Assembly: GCA_965213675.1 (NCBI GenBank)
Contig: OZ243916.1
Location: 3,136,001 to 3,200,000, forward strand
Source of the DNA: an uncultured Candidatus Binatia bacterium
GTDB taxonomy: Bacteria; Desulfobacterota; Binatia; UBA9968; JAJDTQ01
Length of the DNA: 64,000 bases
Reading direction: 5' to 3'
The number at the start of each line of letters is the position of its first letter. Position 1 is the stretch's first letter. Made by a program: the position numbers and the translations under genes. Below are positions 1-8,105 of the stretch, in pieces. Below the pieces are notes generated by a model. The model was given only the letters and a program-made list of their open reading frames with translations, had not been told where the DNA came from and did no database searches.

Positions 1-210
1 GATCTCGTCGACGCTGCCGCCGGAACAGAAGCCTTTGCCCGCGCCGGTGAGGACCAGCACGTGCACGCGCGAGTCGTCCGCCAGTGAGCCGGTGAGGGCC
101 GCCAGCTCTTCGTACGTGCGGAAAGTCAGCGCATTGAGTTGAGCCGGATTGTTGAGTCGGACCGTGGCCACGCCGTCGTCCAGCGCATAGTCGAAACTGT
201 CATACGGCAT
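1..210 (-). CDS. Enoyl-CoA hydratase/isomerase (crotonase) family protein, N-terminal part, runs off window
   Basis: Manual translation from ATG at 210: MPYDSFDYALDDGVATVRLNNPAQLNAL...VLVLTGAGKGFCSGGSVDEI, typical crotonase N-terminus; absent from ORF track because truncated. Confidence 0.85.
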   Translation of the reverse strand, partial: MPYDSFDYALDDGVATVRLNNPAQLNALTFRTYEELAALTGSLADDSRVHVLVLTGAGKGFCSGGSVDEI

Positions 211-474
211 GACACCTGTCTTTCAGATGGACCTGCTCGGTCAGGCCTGCGCCCAGTTTCGCAGGATCGTGATATTTGGTTGTATGATAGTGTCCGTCAG
301 GAAACCCCTGACACATTGACAAGGTCGCTCGGCCAAGCCGTCGATGGCGTGTATGATGCGGAGCCGGTTCAATTTATGGAGCCTCGCCCTTATCCTGTCA
401 ATCTCCTCTTGGATTGAAGATCGATCAGCACAGCGACCACCAACTGTGTATCTTGCTGTTTGCCACGCAGGTGG

Positions 475-968
475 TGGTCTTACCCGGGTTTGGCGGACAT
501 CTGATATGGCCTCGGAGGTGACAACCATGACTCGGACGAGACGGAGGTTTTCGAAGGAGTTCAAGCAGGAAACGGTCAAGCTGGTCAAGGAAGGACCGCG
601 CTCGGTCGGAGAGGTCGCGGGTAATCTGGACTTGACGGAATCGGCGGTTCGCAATTGGGTGCGCCAGTTCGACGTGAATGCTGGTGTGCGCGAGGGCGTG
701 AGCACGAGCGAACGCGATGAGCTACGCCGGCTGCGCCAGTACTTCCCCAAAGGTACTGACCTCAATCGGCACAGCGCTAACGACATTGCTGCTGTCGCGG
801 CCACACTCAACCGCCGACCGCGGCAGACTCTCGGGTGGAGAACTCCATCCGAAGCCTTGAACGAACTCCTACTCTTACACCAGCGAGGACGTGTTGCGAC
901 GACCCCTTGAAACCGGCCAATACGCTTCGGCCGACTACCGGCGCCTGCTCGATGCCCACGGCATCCAA
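475..968 (+). mobile_element. Decayed IS3-family element with nested IS30-family remnant
   Basis: IS3-like left end TGGTCTTACCCGGGTTTGGCGGACA at 475; OrfA-like HTH from ATG 527; IS30-like C-terminus to TGA 910; IS3 OrfB-like GQYASADYRRLLDAHGIQ at 915-968. Confidence 0.8.
527..910 (+). pseudogene. Chimeric transposase fragment: IS3 OrfA N-terminus fused in frame to IS30 transposase C-terminus
   Basis: MTRTRRRFSKEFKQETVKLV...WVRQ...SERDELRRLR followed by QYFPKGTDL...LNRRPRQTLGWRTPSEAL; GGAGG upstream; no DDE core. Confidence 0.8.
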
Positions 969-994
969 TATGCACCCTAATGCACCCTCACACC

Positions 995-1369
995 TCAAGG
1001 GACGAACTTCTTCAACAAGACCGCGGGCAACCGCTTCAGCTCTTCATTGCGCGGATCGACCGCGAAGCCGCCGGACTCCAGCGCAGTGACGCCAAGCAGC
1101 GGCTCCGCGCCGTCGTCCCCGTACACGATGGTGCCGCCGACGACTTCTCCCTTGAATTCGATCTCGGCGATGGTGATGTCGAAGGCGGCGGGTTTGCCGT
1201 CCGCCAGGACGTAGTCACGATGGCCCCTGGGTTGCAGCCCGATTTCTTCGAGCCGCCTCCGTGGGACGAGCGAATCAAAAGCGCCGGTATCGACGAGGAA
1301 TTTCCCGGTCCAGCTCCGTCGCGGATCGGCGGGATTGCGGATGGTGACATCGACGTAGGTGGCCCCCAT
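995..1369 (-). CDS. Clan AA (retropepsin-like) aspartic protease
   Basis: 124 aa, FLVDTGA catalytic motif, LADG flap, PLLGVTALE; AGGAG upstream. Confidence 0.85.
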   Translation of the reverse strand: MGATYVDVTIRNPADPRRSWTGKFLVDTGAFDSLVPRRRLEEIGLQPRGHRDYVLADGKPAAFDITIAEIEFKGEVVGGTIVYGDDGAEPLLGVTALESGGFAVDPRNEELKRLPAVLLKKFVP

Positions 1370-1431
1370 TCACGATTCTCCTTCTGCGATTCCTGTGCGG
1401 GCAGACGGCCCCTGGCTCGTTCATCCGTAAG

Positions 1432-1963
1432 GGAAGGTCCGAACAACGGCGGTTTTAGCCGGCAAGCGGACCGTCGGATCAGTTAGTGGCATGCCGGGAC
1501 CTTGGATAAGGGGTCCGGGGAGTCGTTTTATGACCAAACCGCGGGTATTTCGCCCTCCCTTGCCGCAGCGGGCGGACCGGTCCCCGCCTCAGGACCTCAG
1601 GCGTAGCGCCCTGCGATGAGCAGATTGGTGAACCCGAGCAGTACGGCGATGCGCTGGGTGTTCTTCCACAGCCCGCGGTAGCGCACCTTGGCGTAGCCGA
1701 AGTGGCGCTTCACGTACAGAAACGGATGCTCCACCTTGGCCCGCACAGACGCCTTGCGCTTCTCCGCCGCCTCTTCCGGTCCGATCTTCTCCAGCTTCCG
1801 GCGCTGGCCCGGCTTCATCGCCACCTGCCAGTCCTCCCGCCGCGTCCGCCGCTCCTTTCGACCATGCCCATCTCCGCGAAGCTCCCCTGTCTCATCGTGT
1901 CCCCTCCATGCCCTGCCGTTTTCCCTATTATGACATGTGAATGGTCGATTGTTCAGATCTTCC
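1432..1963 (-). mobile_element. Internally deleted IS5-family element (non-autonomous, ~530 bp)
   Basis: Terminal inverted repeats GGAAGGTCCGAACAA (1432) and TTGTTCAGATCTTCC (1949-1963), followed by CTAG; transposase remnant inside. Confidence 0.85.
1597..1895 (-). pseudogene. IS5-family transposase remnant (N-terminus joined to C-terminus, frameshifted)
   Basis: ATG 1895 gives MRQGSFAEMG; another frame gives HGRKERRTRRE joined to DWQVAMKPG...KASVRAKVEHPF...FGYAKVRYRGL..KN. Confidence 0.85.
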
Positions 1964-2128
1964 CTAGTGTGGTGTCTGGTTAATTCGGGTCATAATCTGC
2001 GGGTCTTTTTCGCCGTCGGCTGCGTTGCTCTTCCTCGCGTGGTACCCGCCACTGCTCGTCATCGCGCCTTGCCGACAACAAAAAATCCTCCGCAGATTAT
2101 GACCCGAATTAACCAGACACCACACTAG
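1964..2128. mobile_element. MITE-like element, family A copy 1 (165 bp)
   Basis: Perfect 39-bp terminal inverted repeat CTAGTGTGGTGTCTGGTTAATTCGGGTCATAATCTGCGG; CTAG at both ends; core repeated at 21410-21463. Confidence 0.85.
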
Positions 2129-2201
2129 ACTGTCATGGTGCCGTCCCGTCGCGTCTTGTGGGGAACCATCGGTACGGGTTGGCGCGGCACGCCGGGCCCC
2201 G

Positions 2202-2978
2202 TTACCCCATGAAGGCGCCGCCGTCGACATGAATGCCTTGGCCCGTGACGGCGTCGCCCGCCGGACTCGCCAGCAGCACCGCGAGTTCCGCTACCTCGTC
2301 CGGGTCGATCAACCGCCCTTGCGGCGCGGTTCCGGCGAACCGTTCCAGCACCGCCAGCGCGCTCTCGCCGGTGCGCGCGGCCATGCGCCGGGCATTGTCG
2401 CGTGTGAGTCCGGTGTCCGCGTAGCCTGGACAGATGGCGTTCACGGTGACGCCCTTGCGCGCCGTTTCCAGGGCGATGACCCGCGTCAGGCCCAGGACCG
2501 CGTGCTTGGAAGCGGTGTATGCCGCGGTGTGGGGATACGCGGTCCTGGCGGTGGTCGAGGCGATGTTGATGATGCGCCCCCAACCGGCCGCGATCATGGG
2601 CTCCAGGAACCGCTTGCAACAGTAGCAGGTGCCCAGGAAGTTCACCCGCAGCACCTCCTCCAGAAGAGAGTCCTCCATTTCCAGAAAGCTCGCCGCCGGC
2701 GCAATGCCCGCGCTGTTGACGAGGATCTGCACGACTCCCGCCCGCCGCGCGCGTTGACTGAGCGCTTCGACGTCCGTCCGGGAACCGACGTCGCACGTCA
2801 CCGGAATGGCGTCGCGTTGGTGCGCGCGCACCTCGGCCGCCACCTCCTCAAGGGGCTGCAGGCGGCGCCCCGCCAGAACCAGGCGGCATCCCTCCCGCGC
2901 CAGCGCCAAGGCCACACTCCGGCCGATGCCGCTTCCGGCTCCGGTGACCAACGCGATCTTGTCAAGCAGTGAATCCAA
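2202..2978 (-). CDS. Short-chain dehydrogenase/reductase (SDR)
   Basis: TGAGSGIG, VNSAG, YTASK, VNAICPG, VDGG motifs; start probably TTG 2978 rather than 3443. Confidence 0.9.
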   Translation of the reverse strand: MDSLLDKIALVTGAGSGIGRSVALALAREGCRLVLAGRRLQPLEEVAAEVRAHQRDAIPVTCDVGSRTDVEALSQRARRAGVVQILVNSAGIAPAASFLEMEDSLLEEVLRVNFLGTCYCCKRFLEPMIAAGWGRIINIASTTARTAYPHTAAYTASKHAVLGLTRVIALETARKGVTVNAICPGYADTGLTRDNARRMAARTGESALAVLERFAGTAPQGRLIDPDEVAELAVLLASPAGDAVTGQGIHVDGGAFMG

Positions 2979-3120
2979 AGGACCAATTCGCGAATTTATC
3001 AGATATCGCGGATGCGACACCAACGTTCGCCATGGCTCCTTCTGTCCGCCGCCGGTGCGGAGGATGTCCGGTACGCGATTTGCGTCCTCTTGATTCGCCT
3101 GATCCGGGATCGTCAACCGG

Positions 3121-3208
3121 GGAGCCTGTCGGGTTTGGGCCAGGGTAGGGGCAACCGGCCGGCCGCTACGGGACATCGGACGGTCACGGCTTTTGCGGCG
3201 CAGGCTCC
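3121..3208. repeat. Degenerate MITE-like remnant containing a GTAG-type REP-like sequence
   Basis: GGAGCCTG...CAGGCTCC inverted ends; internal GTAGGGGCAACCGGCCGGCCGCTAC resembles REP at 34773. Confidence 0.45.
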
Positions 3209-3390
3209 TGGCGCCGGGATGTGTCCGTGATGCCGCCGCATGGGCGACTGACGGACCCGCGACGGGGCCGTCCCCTTGTTGCTCGTGCAGGGGCTGATAT
3301 AAGGCTGATATGGGGATGGTGTGGGACTCTGGTGTGGGCTCGGTTGGAATGAAGCATCGGCGCGCATGGACGCGCTGCAAGGAGGTCGCC

Positions 3391-4695
3391 ATGGGACGCC
3401 GCAAGAACTTCACCGCGGCAAGGGTCGCCGCGGCAATGGCCACCGGGGCGTTCGTGCTCCTGTGGGCGGCGCACGCCGCCCTGGGTCAAGGGTCGCCGCC
3501 GCCGGTACTCACGCTGCAAGAGGCGGAACGTACCGCCCGCAAGAACCATCCCGGCATCCGCGCCGCCAACCAAAGGGTCAAGGTGCAGGAGGCCGTGCTG
3601 AAGCGCGCCCAGGCCGCGTACTACCCCACCGCCGGCGTGCGCAGTTCCTATGAGAACAGGCCCACGGCGGAGGGTCCGAACGCGCACGAGGACCTGTTCA
3701 GCACCACCGGTCAGGTGAATTGGCTCGTGAGCGACTTCGGCCGGCGGAAGGGCACGGTCCGGCGGCAGGAAGAAACACTGGAAGCCCGCCGCTTCTCCGA
3801 ACGAACGTCGGTGGACGATGTGGTCCTGACCGTTCGCAGGGCCTTTTTCGACTACCTGCGGGCCGAGGCGCTGGTGCGGGTGGAGCAGGACACGGTCAAG
3901 GACCGCGAGACCCTGGTGCGCCAGGCCCAGGGCTTCTTCGACGTGGGCACCCGCCCCAAGATCGACGTGGCGCGCGCCGAGGCAAGCCTTTTCGCGGCCC
4001 AGGCCGGACTCATCGGGGCCCAGAACGGCGTCAGGATCGCGTGGGCGCGGCTCAAGGGCGCCATGGGGGTCGTGCAGTTCGCCGAGCGCCAGGTGGCATC
4101 CGAGGTCAACGTCCACGCGTCCACCCTTTCACTGGACGAGGCGGTGAAGGCGGCGCTGGAATCGCGCGCGGAGATCATGGAGTTCCAGGCGCGCCTGAAG
4201 GCCCAGCAGGAGGCCATCGACGTGGTCAGGTTGGGGCGCATGCCGCGTGTGCGGGTGGACGGGCAGTACGGCCGCCGGTGGCACAACGACGAGGACGTCG
4301 TGAGTTCGTCGTTGACCCTGGAGATCCCGCTGTTCACCGGGTTCACGCTCACCCCCGAGATCGAGCGCGCGGTCAGCGATTACGCGGTCATCAGGGCGCA
4401 ATTGGCGGAGTTGCGCCAGCGCATCGCTCTGGATGTGGAAGAGAGCTATCTGAACCTCGTGGAGGCGGGCGAACGGATCAAGGCCAACGAAGCGCAGACC
4501 CGGTCGGCCAAGGAAAACCTCGATCTGGCCAACGGCCGTTACCAGGTGGGTGTAGGCTCCATCATCGAGATCACCGAAGCCCAAGTCATCAACACCCGCG
4601 CCCAGACGGACTATATCCGCTCCATCTATGACCACAAGGTGGCCGAGGCCCGGCTGGCGCGCGCCATGGGTCGGGGCCAGGCCTTCAGCCCGTAA
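3391..4695 (+). CDS. TolC-family outer membrane efflux protein
   Basis: Signal peptide, LTLQEA, LEIPLFTG, RYQVGVGSIIEITEAQ; GGAGG before ATG 3391. Confidence 0.9.
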   Translation: MGRRKNFTAARVAAAMATGAFVLLWAAHAALGQGSPPPVLTLQEAERTARKNHPGIRAANQRVKVQEAVLKRAQAAYYPTAGVRSSYENRPTAEGPNAHEDLFSTTGQVNWLVSDFGRRKGTVRRQEETLEARRFSERTSVDDVVLTVRRAFFDYLRAEALVRVEQDTVKDRETLVRQAQGFFDVGTRPKIDVARAEASLFAAQAGLIGAQNGVRIAWARLKGAMGVVQFAERQVASEVNVHASTLSLDEAVKAALESRAEIMEFQARLKAQQEAIDVVRLGRMPRVRVDGQYGRRWHNDEDVVSSSLTLEIPLFTGFTLTPEIERAVSDYAVIRAQLAELRQRIALDVEESYLNLVEAGERIKANEAQTRSAKENLDLANGRYQVGVGSIIEITEAQVINTRAQTDYIRSIYDHKVAEARLARAMGRGQAFSP

Positions 4696-4800
4696 CCGGC
4701 GCGTGTCCGGTGTGGATGCGGCGAGGCCCGGATGCGGCCGCGGCGAGGCGGGCAGTCGTCCCGTGAGGCGCGCCCGAGTGGCTGTTCAAGGGACAAGACA

Positions 4801-6234
4801 CTAGGGGGAGGCCGGCGGAGGCGGCAACTCGCCCGGCGATCCTGTTCCGTCACTTCCAAGCGCGCGGTCGATACCCTCCAACAGGCCGGACTGCGGTTTG
4901 TCGGGCGCGCGTTCCGCGGGTTGGGCTTGCTCGGCCGAGAAGAGCCCGGGATCGGCGGCCGGGGCCTGCGGCGCATCGGCGGGCGCCGTCGCTTCGCCGA
5001 GTTGCCTGTCGACCGCGCCCAGGACCTCGGCCGGGTCGCTCTCCTTCGGCGCTGGATCGTTCTTCTCGGGCGGGAGGGCGGCGACCGGAGGCTTGGGCGC
5101 GTCGTCCGGTGAAGTCCCGGCGGTTCCCAACGTCGCGTCGATGCTTTCCACCACATCCTTGGCGGATCCGGCGTCCACCGCGGCGGCTGCCGCCGGCGGG
5201 TCCGGTTTCTCGCGGGACCACGAGAACGGATTCAAAAAGCTGAACAACCTTTGGAAGAACCCCTTCCTCTCCTCCCGCGGCGGCGCGTTCCCCGCTGGCG
5301 GCCGCTCCGCGCCCGCGGATGCGCGCTGCCCGGCGCCGGTGGATGCCTGCGTGTCGCGACGCCAGGAGAACGGATTCAGCCAAGTGTACCAACTCCTCTG
5401 GGTCGTGGCTTCGTAATCGTAGCCTTCCTTGACGATGAACCGCATGGGTTCCACGGCCTTCGTCGCAGTGTCCCCGCCCGGCGAAGCTGGGCTTGCCCCC
5501 TCATCCTGTCCCGCTTGCGGCAGCCTGATGAGGGAGTCCCGCGCCGCGGATGCCGCGGGTGTGTCGGAATATTCCCGCACCACCTTCTCGAAACGTTCCC
5601 GCGCCGCCCGATAGCGCTGGTCCTCCAGGTAATGGTTTCCGATGTAGAGTTCGCGTTCCGCCAGGTGAACCCGCGTTTCCGCCAGGCGTTGGCGTGCATC
5701 GGGAACGTGCTCCGAGTCCGGATGATCCCGGATCACCGATTCGAACTGCCGTCGTGCTTCGCGGACCTTCTCCAGATCCCGGTCGACCCCGGTGAACTGC
5801 GCCAGGTTGACCCGGCCGAGTTGATACTTGACGAAGTGGGCGTGCTGCCCGGTGGGTTGGAAGGTCAGGTAGTTCTTGTATGTCTCCTCGGCCAGGGCGT
5901 ACTCCTCGTTCCGTGAGTAGGCGTCGGCGATTTTCAACTCGGCGTCCTCGGCTTCCTTGCTGAAGGGATATTCGTCCCGGAGCTTCTGGAAGAACGAAAT
6001 GGAGCGCGCGTACCGGCCCCTCTCGAAGTAGTCGATGCCGTCCTTGTACAGCGCTGCGGCCGTGGGCGTGGTCTCCGAGCGCGGCTTGGAGCGGAACAGG
6101 TCCGTGACCGCGCCGGTGAGGTCCGTCAGCTTGGGGATTCTGCCGCGCTCTCCCGTGGGCGACGTACAGCCGCCAAGGGCCAGTGTGGCCAAGAGTACGA
6201 CGAGAACGCCTCCGAGATGATGCCGTTGGTGCAT
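4801..6234 (-). CDS. bamD: Outer membrane assembly lipoprotein BamD with long C-terminal extension
   Basis: Lipobox LGGC; TPR repeats (YPFSKEA, DRDLEK, HLAERELYIGNHY); ~230 aa Pro/Ala-rich tail. Confidence 0.85.
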   Translation of the reverse strand: MHQRHHLGGVLVVLLATLALGGCTSPTGERGRIPKLTDLTGAVTDLFRSKPRSETTPTAAALYKDGIDYFERGRYARSISFFQKLRDEYPFSKEAEDAELKIADAYSRNEEYALAEETYKNYLTFQPTGQHAHFVKYQLGRVNLAQFTGVDRDLEKVREARRQFESVIRDHPDSEHVPDARQRLAETRVHLAERELYIGNHYLEDQRYRAARERFEKVVREYSDTPAASAARDSLIRLPQAGQDEGASPASPGGDTATKAVEPMRFIVKEGYDYEATTQRSWYTWLNPFSWRRDTQASTGAGQRASAGAERPPAGNAPPREERKGFFQRLFSFLNPFSWSREKPDPPAAAAAVDAGSAKDVVESIDATLGTAGTSPDDAPKPPVAALPPEKNDPAPKESDPAEVLGAVDRQLGEATAPADAPQAPAADPGLFSAEQAQPAERAPDKPQSGLLEGIDRALGSDGTGSPGELPPPPASP

Positions 6235-6342
6235 GTGGGTAGCCTTTGGCGACAGGAATCCAGGGACTCTACACGGTCCCGAAAGGGCCTTCAAGACATC
6301 GCCCCGGACCTTCATCTTCCGAGGAACGAGGCTCCGCGCGTC

Positions 6343-8043
6343 TCACCCGAACTCCCGTGCGAATGCCTGCCGCTGCTGTGTGTTGCCGAGCATGATCAAC
6401 TCGCTGCCCTTGTGGAGCGGAGTGGAGGGTGGCGGATTGGTGACGACGTCGCCGTCCTGCTGGATGCCGACCACGGTGAGGCCGGTGCGCTCCAGGACCG
6501 AGCAATCGCCGAGATCCCGGCCCGCCAGGGAGGCCGGCGCGGGCACGACGAACAGCTCGACGCCTTCCCCGATGACCAGCAGTTCGCGCCCGTGAAGCTG
6601 GGCGAAGATGTCCTCCACGCCTTGGGATGTGTAGCTCAGGGCGAAGTCGGCGCCGGCCCGGTAGATGGCCTCGAGGTTGCGTGGGTGCGTGAGGCGGCTG
6701 AGGATGAGGACCTCGGGATTGAGGCGCCGGCAGTAGACCGTCAGGTAGATGTTCGTGGCGTCGTCGTTGGTGGAAAGCACCACCGCCGGCGCGTCGCTCA
6801 GGCCCGCCTCCATGAGCAGGTCCCGGTCGGCCGCGTCGCCGATGAAGAGCCGGCTGGGAATCTCGCCGATGCGCGCGCGCATCGACTCGTTGCGCTCGAT
6901 GACATGGACGGGCACGTCCTTGCGCCGGATGGCCCGGGCGGTGGCGCGGCCGACCTTGCCGCCGCCGATGACCAGCACCGGGTTGTAGTTGATGTCGTAG
7001 ATCACCAGCAACAGGTTCAGTTCCAGGATCTGCTGCTCGGTGCCCGCCACGACCAGCAGGCTGGAATGGGACAGGAACGTGTCGGGCCGCGCCGGCAGGA
7101 GCTTGCCGCGCTCCCAGACGTTGACGATCTCCACCCCGGTGGCCTCGCGGATCTGCGTTTCGCGGATGGTGCGGCCGGCGAACGGGGTGTTGTGCACGGC
7201 GAACTCGGCGATGCGCAGGTTGCGGATGCCGCCGATGACGTGCACCTCGGCATGGCCGGCGTTGACGCGGTTGGCGAGCCTTTCCCCCAGTTGCTGATGC
7301 AGCGGCAGCACGTGGCTGCAGCCACTCAGCTCCAGGATGTCGATGGAGTCCTCCGCCTCGGCAGTGGCGACGATGGGAACGCTGGGAGCCACGTCGCGGG
7401 CGGTGATGGTGACGTTGGTGTTCGCCGCGTCGCCCTGGTTTGCGAGGATAAGGCGGGCGTGTGCCGCGCGCAGGTTGACGTAGGTCTCCCGGCTGTCCAC
7501 ATCGCCGGTGATGACCGACAGGCCCTGCCGATGCTTGCGCGCGGCCTCGGCGGCATCCGGCTCGATGAGCTGGTAGGCGATATCGTACAATTCCAGCCGC
7601 TCGATGAGACCGATGGCGAGTGCGTCGTAGCCGCAGATGATGACGTGCCCGGCCAGGTCGTCCGGCGTTCGGCGGGGCGCGCGGCCGCGTATCTGTGCTT
7701 CCAGCCAGGGGCCGTAAAACGAGCGGATCAGGGTGAAGGGCAGCAGGATCAGCAGCAGGATGATGCCCGACACGAGCACCAGGATGCTGAAGACCTTTCC
7801 GATGTCGCTGTGGAAGACGATGTCACCGAACCCCAGAGTGCTCATGACCGTCAGGGTCCAGTAGAAGCCCGTGATCCAGGAGTGGTCCCGGCCTTCCACG
7901 CTGACCATGATGACGTGGAAGACGACGGAGTAGAGGACGATGGCGCCGACGAGTATTCCCAGAAACTTGAGCAGCACGCCCAGGTTGCGCCGGGTTTCCG
8001 GGGTCTCCAGGAAGGAGTAAAGCAGGCTGACCAGGACCTTCAC
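6343..8043 (-). CDS. Two-TM potassium channel with tandem RCK (TrkA_N/TrkA_C) domains
   Basis: Pore motif TMSTLGFGD; HVIICGY and VIGGGKVG Rossmann motifs, each followed by a TrkA_C-like domain. Confidence 0.88.
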   Translation of the reverse strand: MKVLVSLLYSFLETPETRRNLGVLLKFLGILVGAIVLYSVVFHVIMVSVEGRDHSWITGFYWTLTVMSTLGFGDIVFHSDIGKVFSILVLVSGIILLLILLPFTLIRSFYGPWLEAQIRGRAPRRTPDDLAGHVIICGYDALAIGLIERLELYDIAYQLIEPDAAEAARKHRQGLSVITGDVDSRETYVNLRAAHARLILANQGDAANTNVTITARDVAPSVPIVATAEAEDSIDILELSGCSHVLPLHQQLGERLANRVNAGHAEVHVIGGIRNLRIAEFAVHNTPFAGRTIRETQIREATGVEIVNVWERGKLLPARPDTFLSHSSLLVVAGTEQQILELNLLLVIYDINYNPVLVIGGGKVGRATARAIRRKDVPVHVIERNESMRARIGEIPSRLFIGDAADRDLLMEAGLSDAPAVVLSTNDDATNIYLTVYCRRLNPEVLILSRLTHPRNLEAIYRAGADFALSYTSQGVEDIFAQLHGRELLVIGEGVELFVVPAPASLAGRDLGDCSVLERTGLTVVGIQQDGDVVTNPPPSTPLHKGSELIMLGNTQQRQAFAREFG

Positions 8044-8105
8044 GACATGTCCTCGTGACCGCGCGGCGCTTCCGGACTTTCCGACCGGACGGCAGTGGAA
8101 GGGGT

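Noticed and set aside
241-474. Coding remnant or GntR-type operator sites (TGTATGAT twice)
   Set aside because: No protein motif in the minus-strand frame; operator match too short to support.
1964-2230. Small ORFs on both strands containing LVWCLVNSGHNLR
   Set aside because: Artefact of translating the MITE's perfect inverted repeats.
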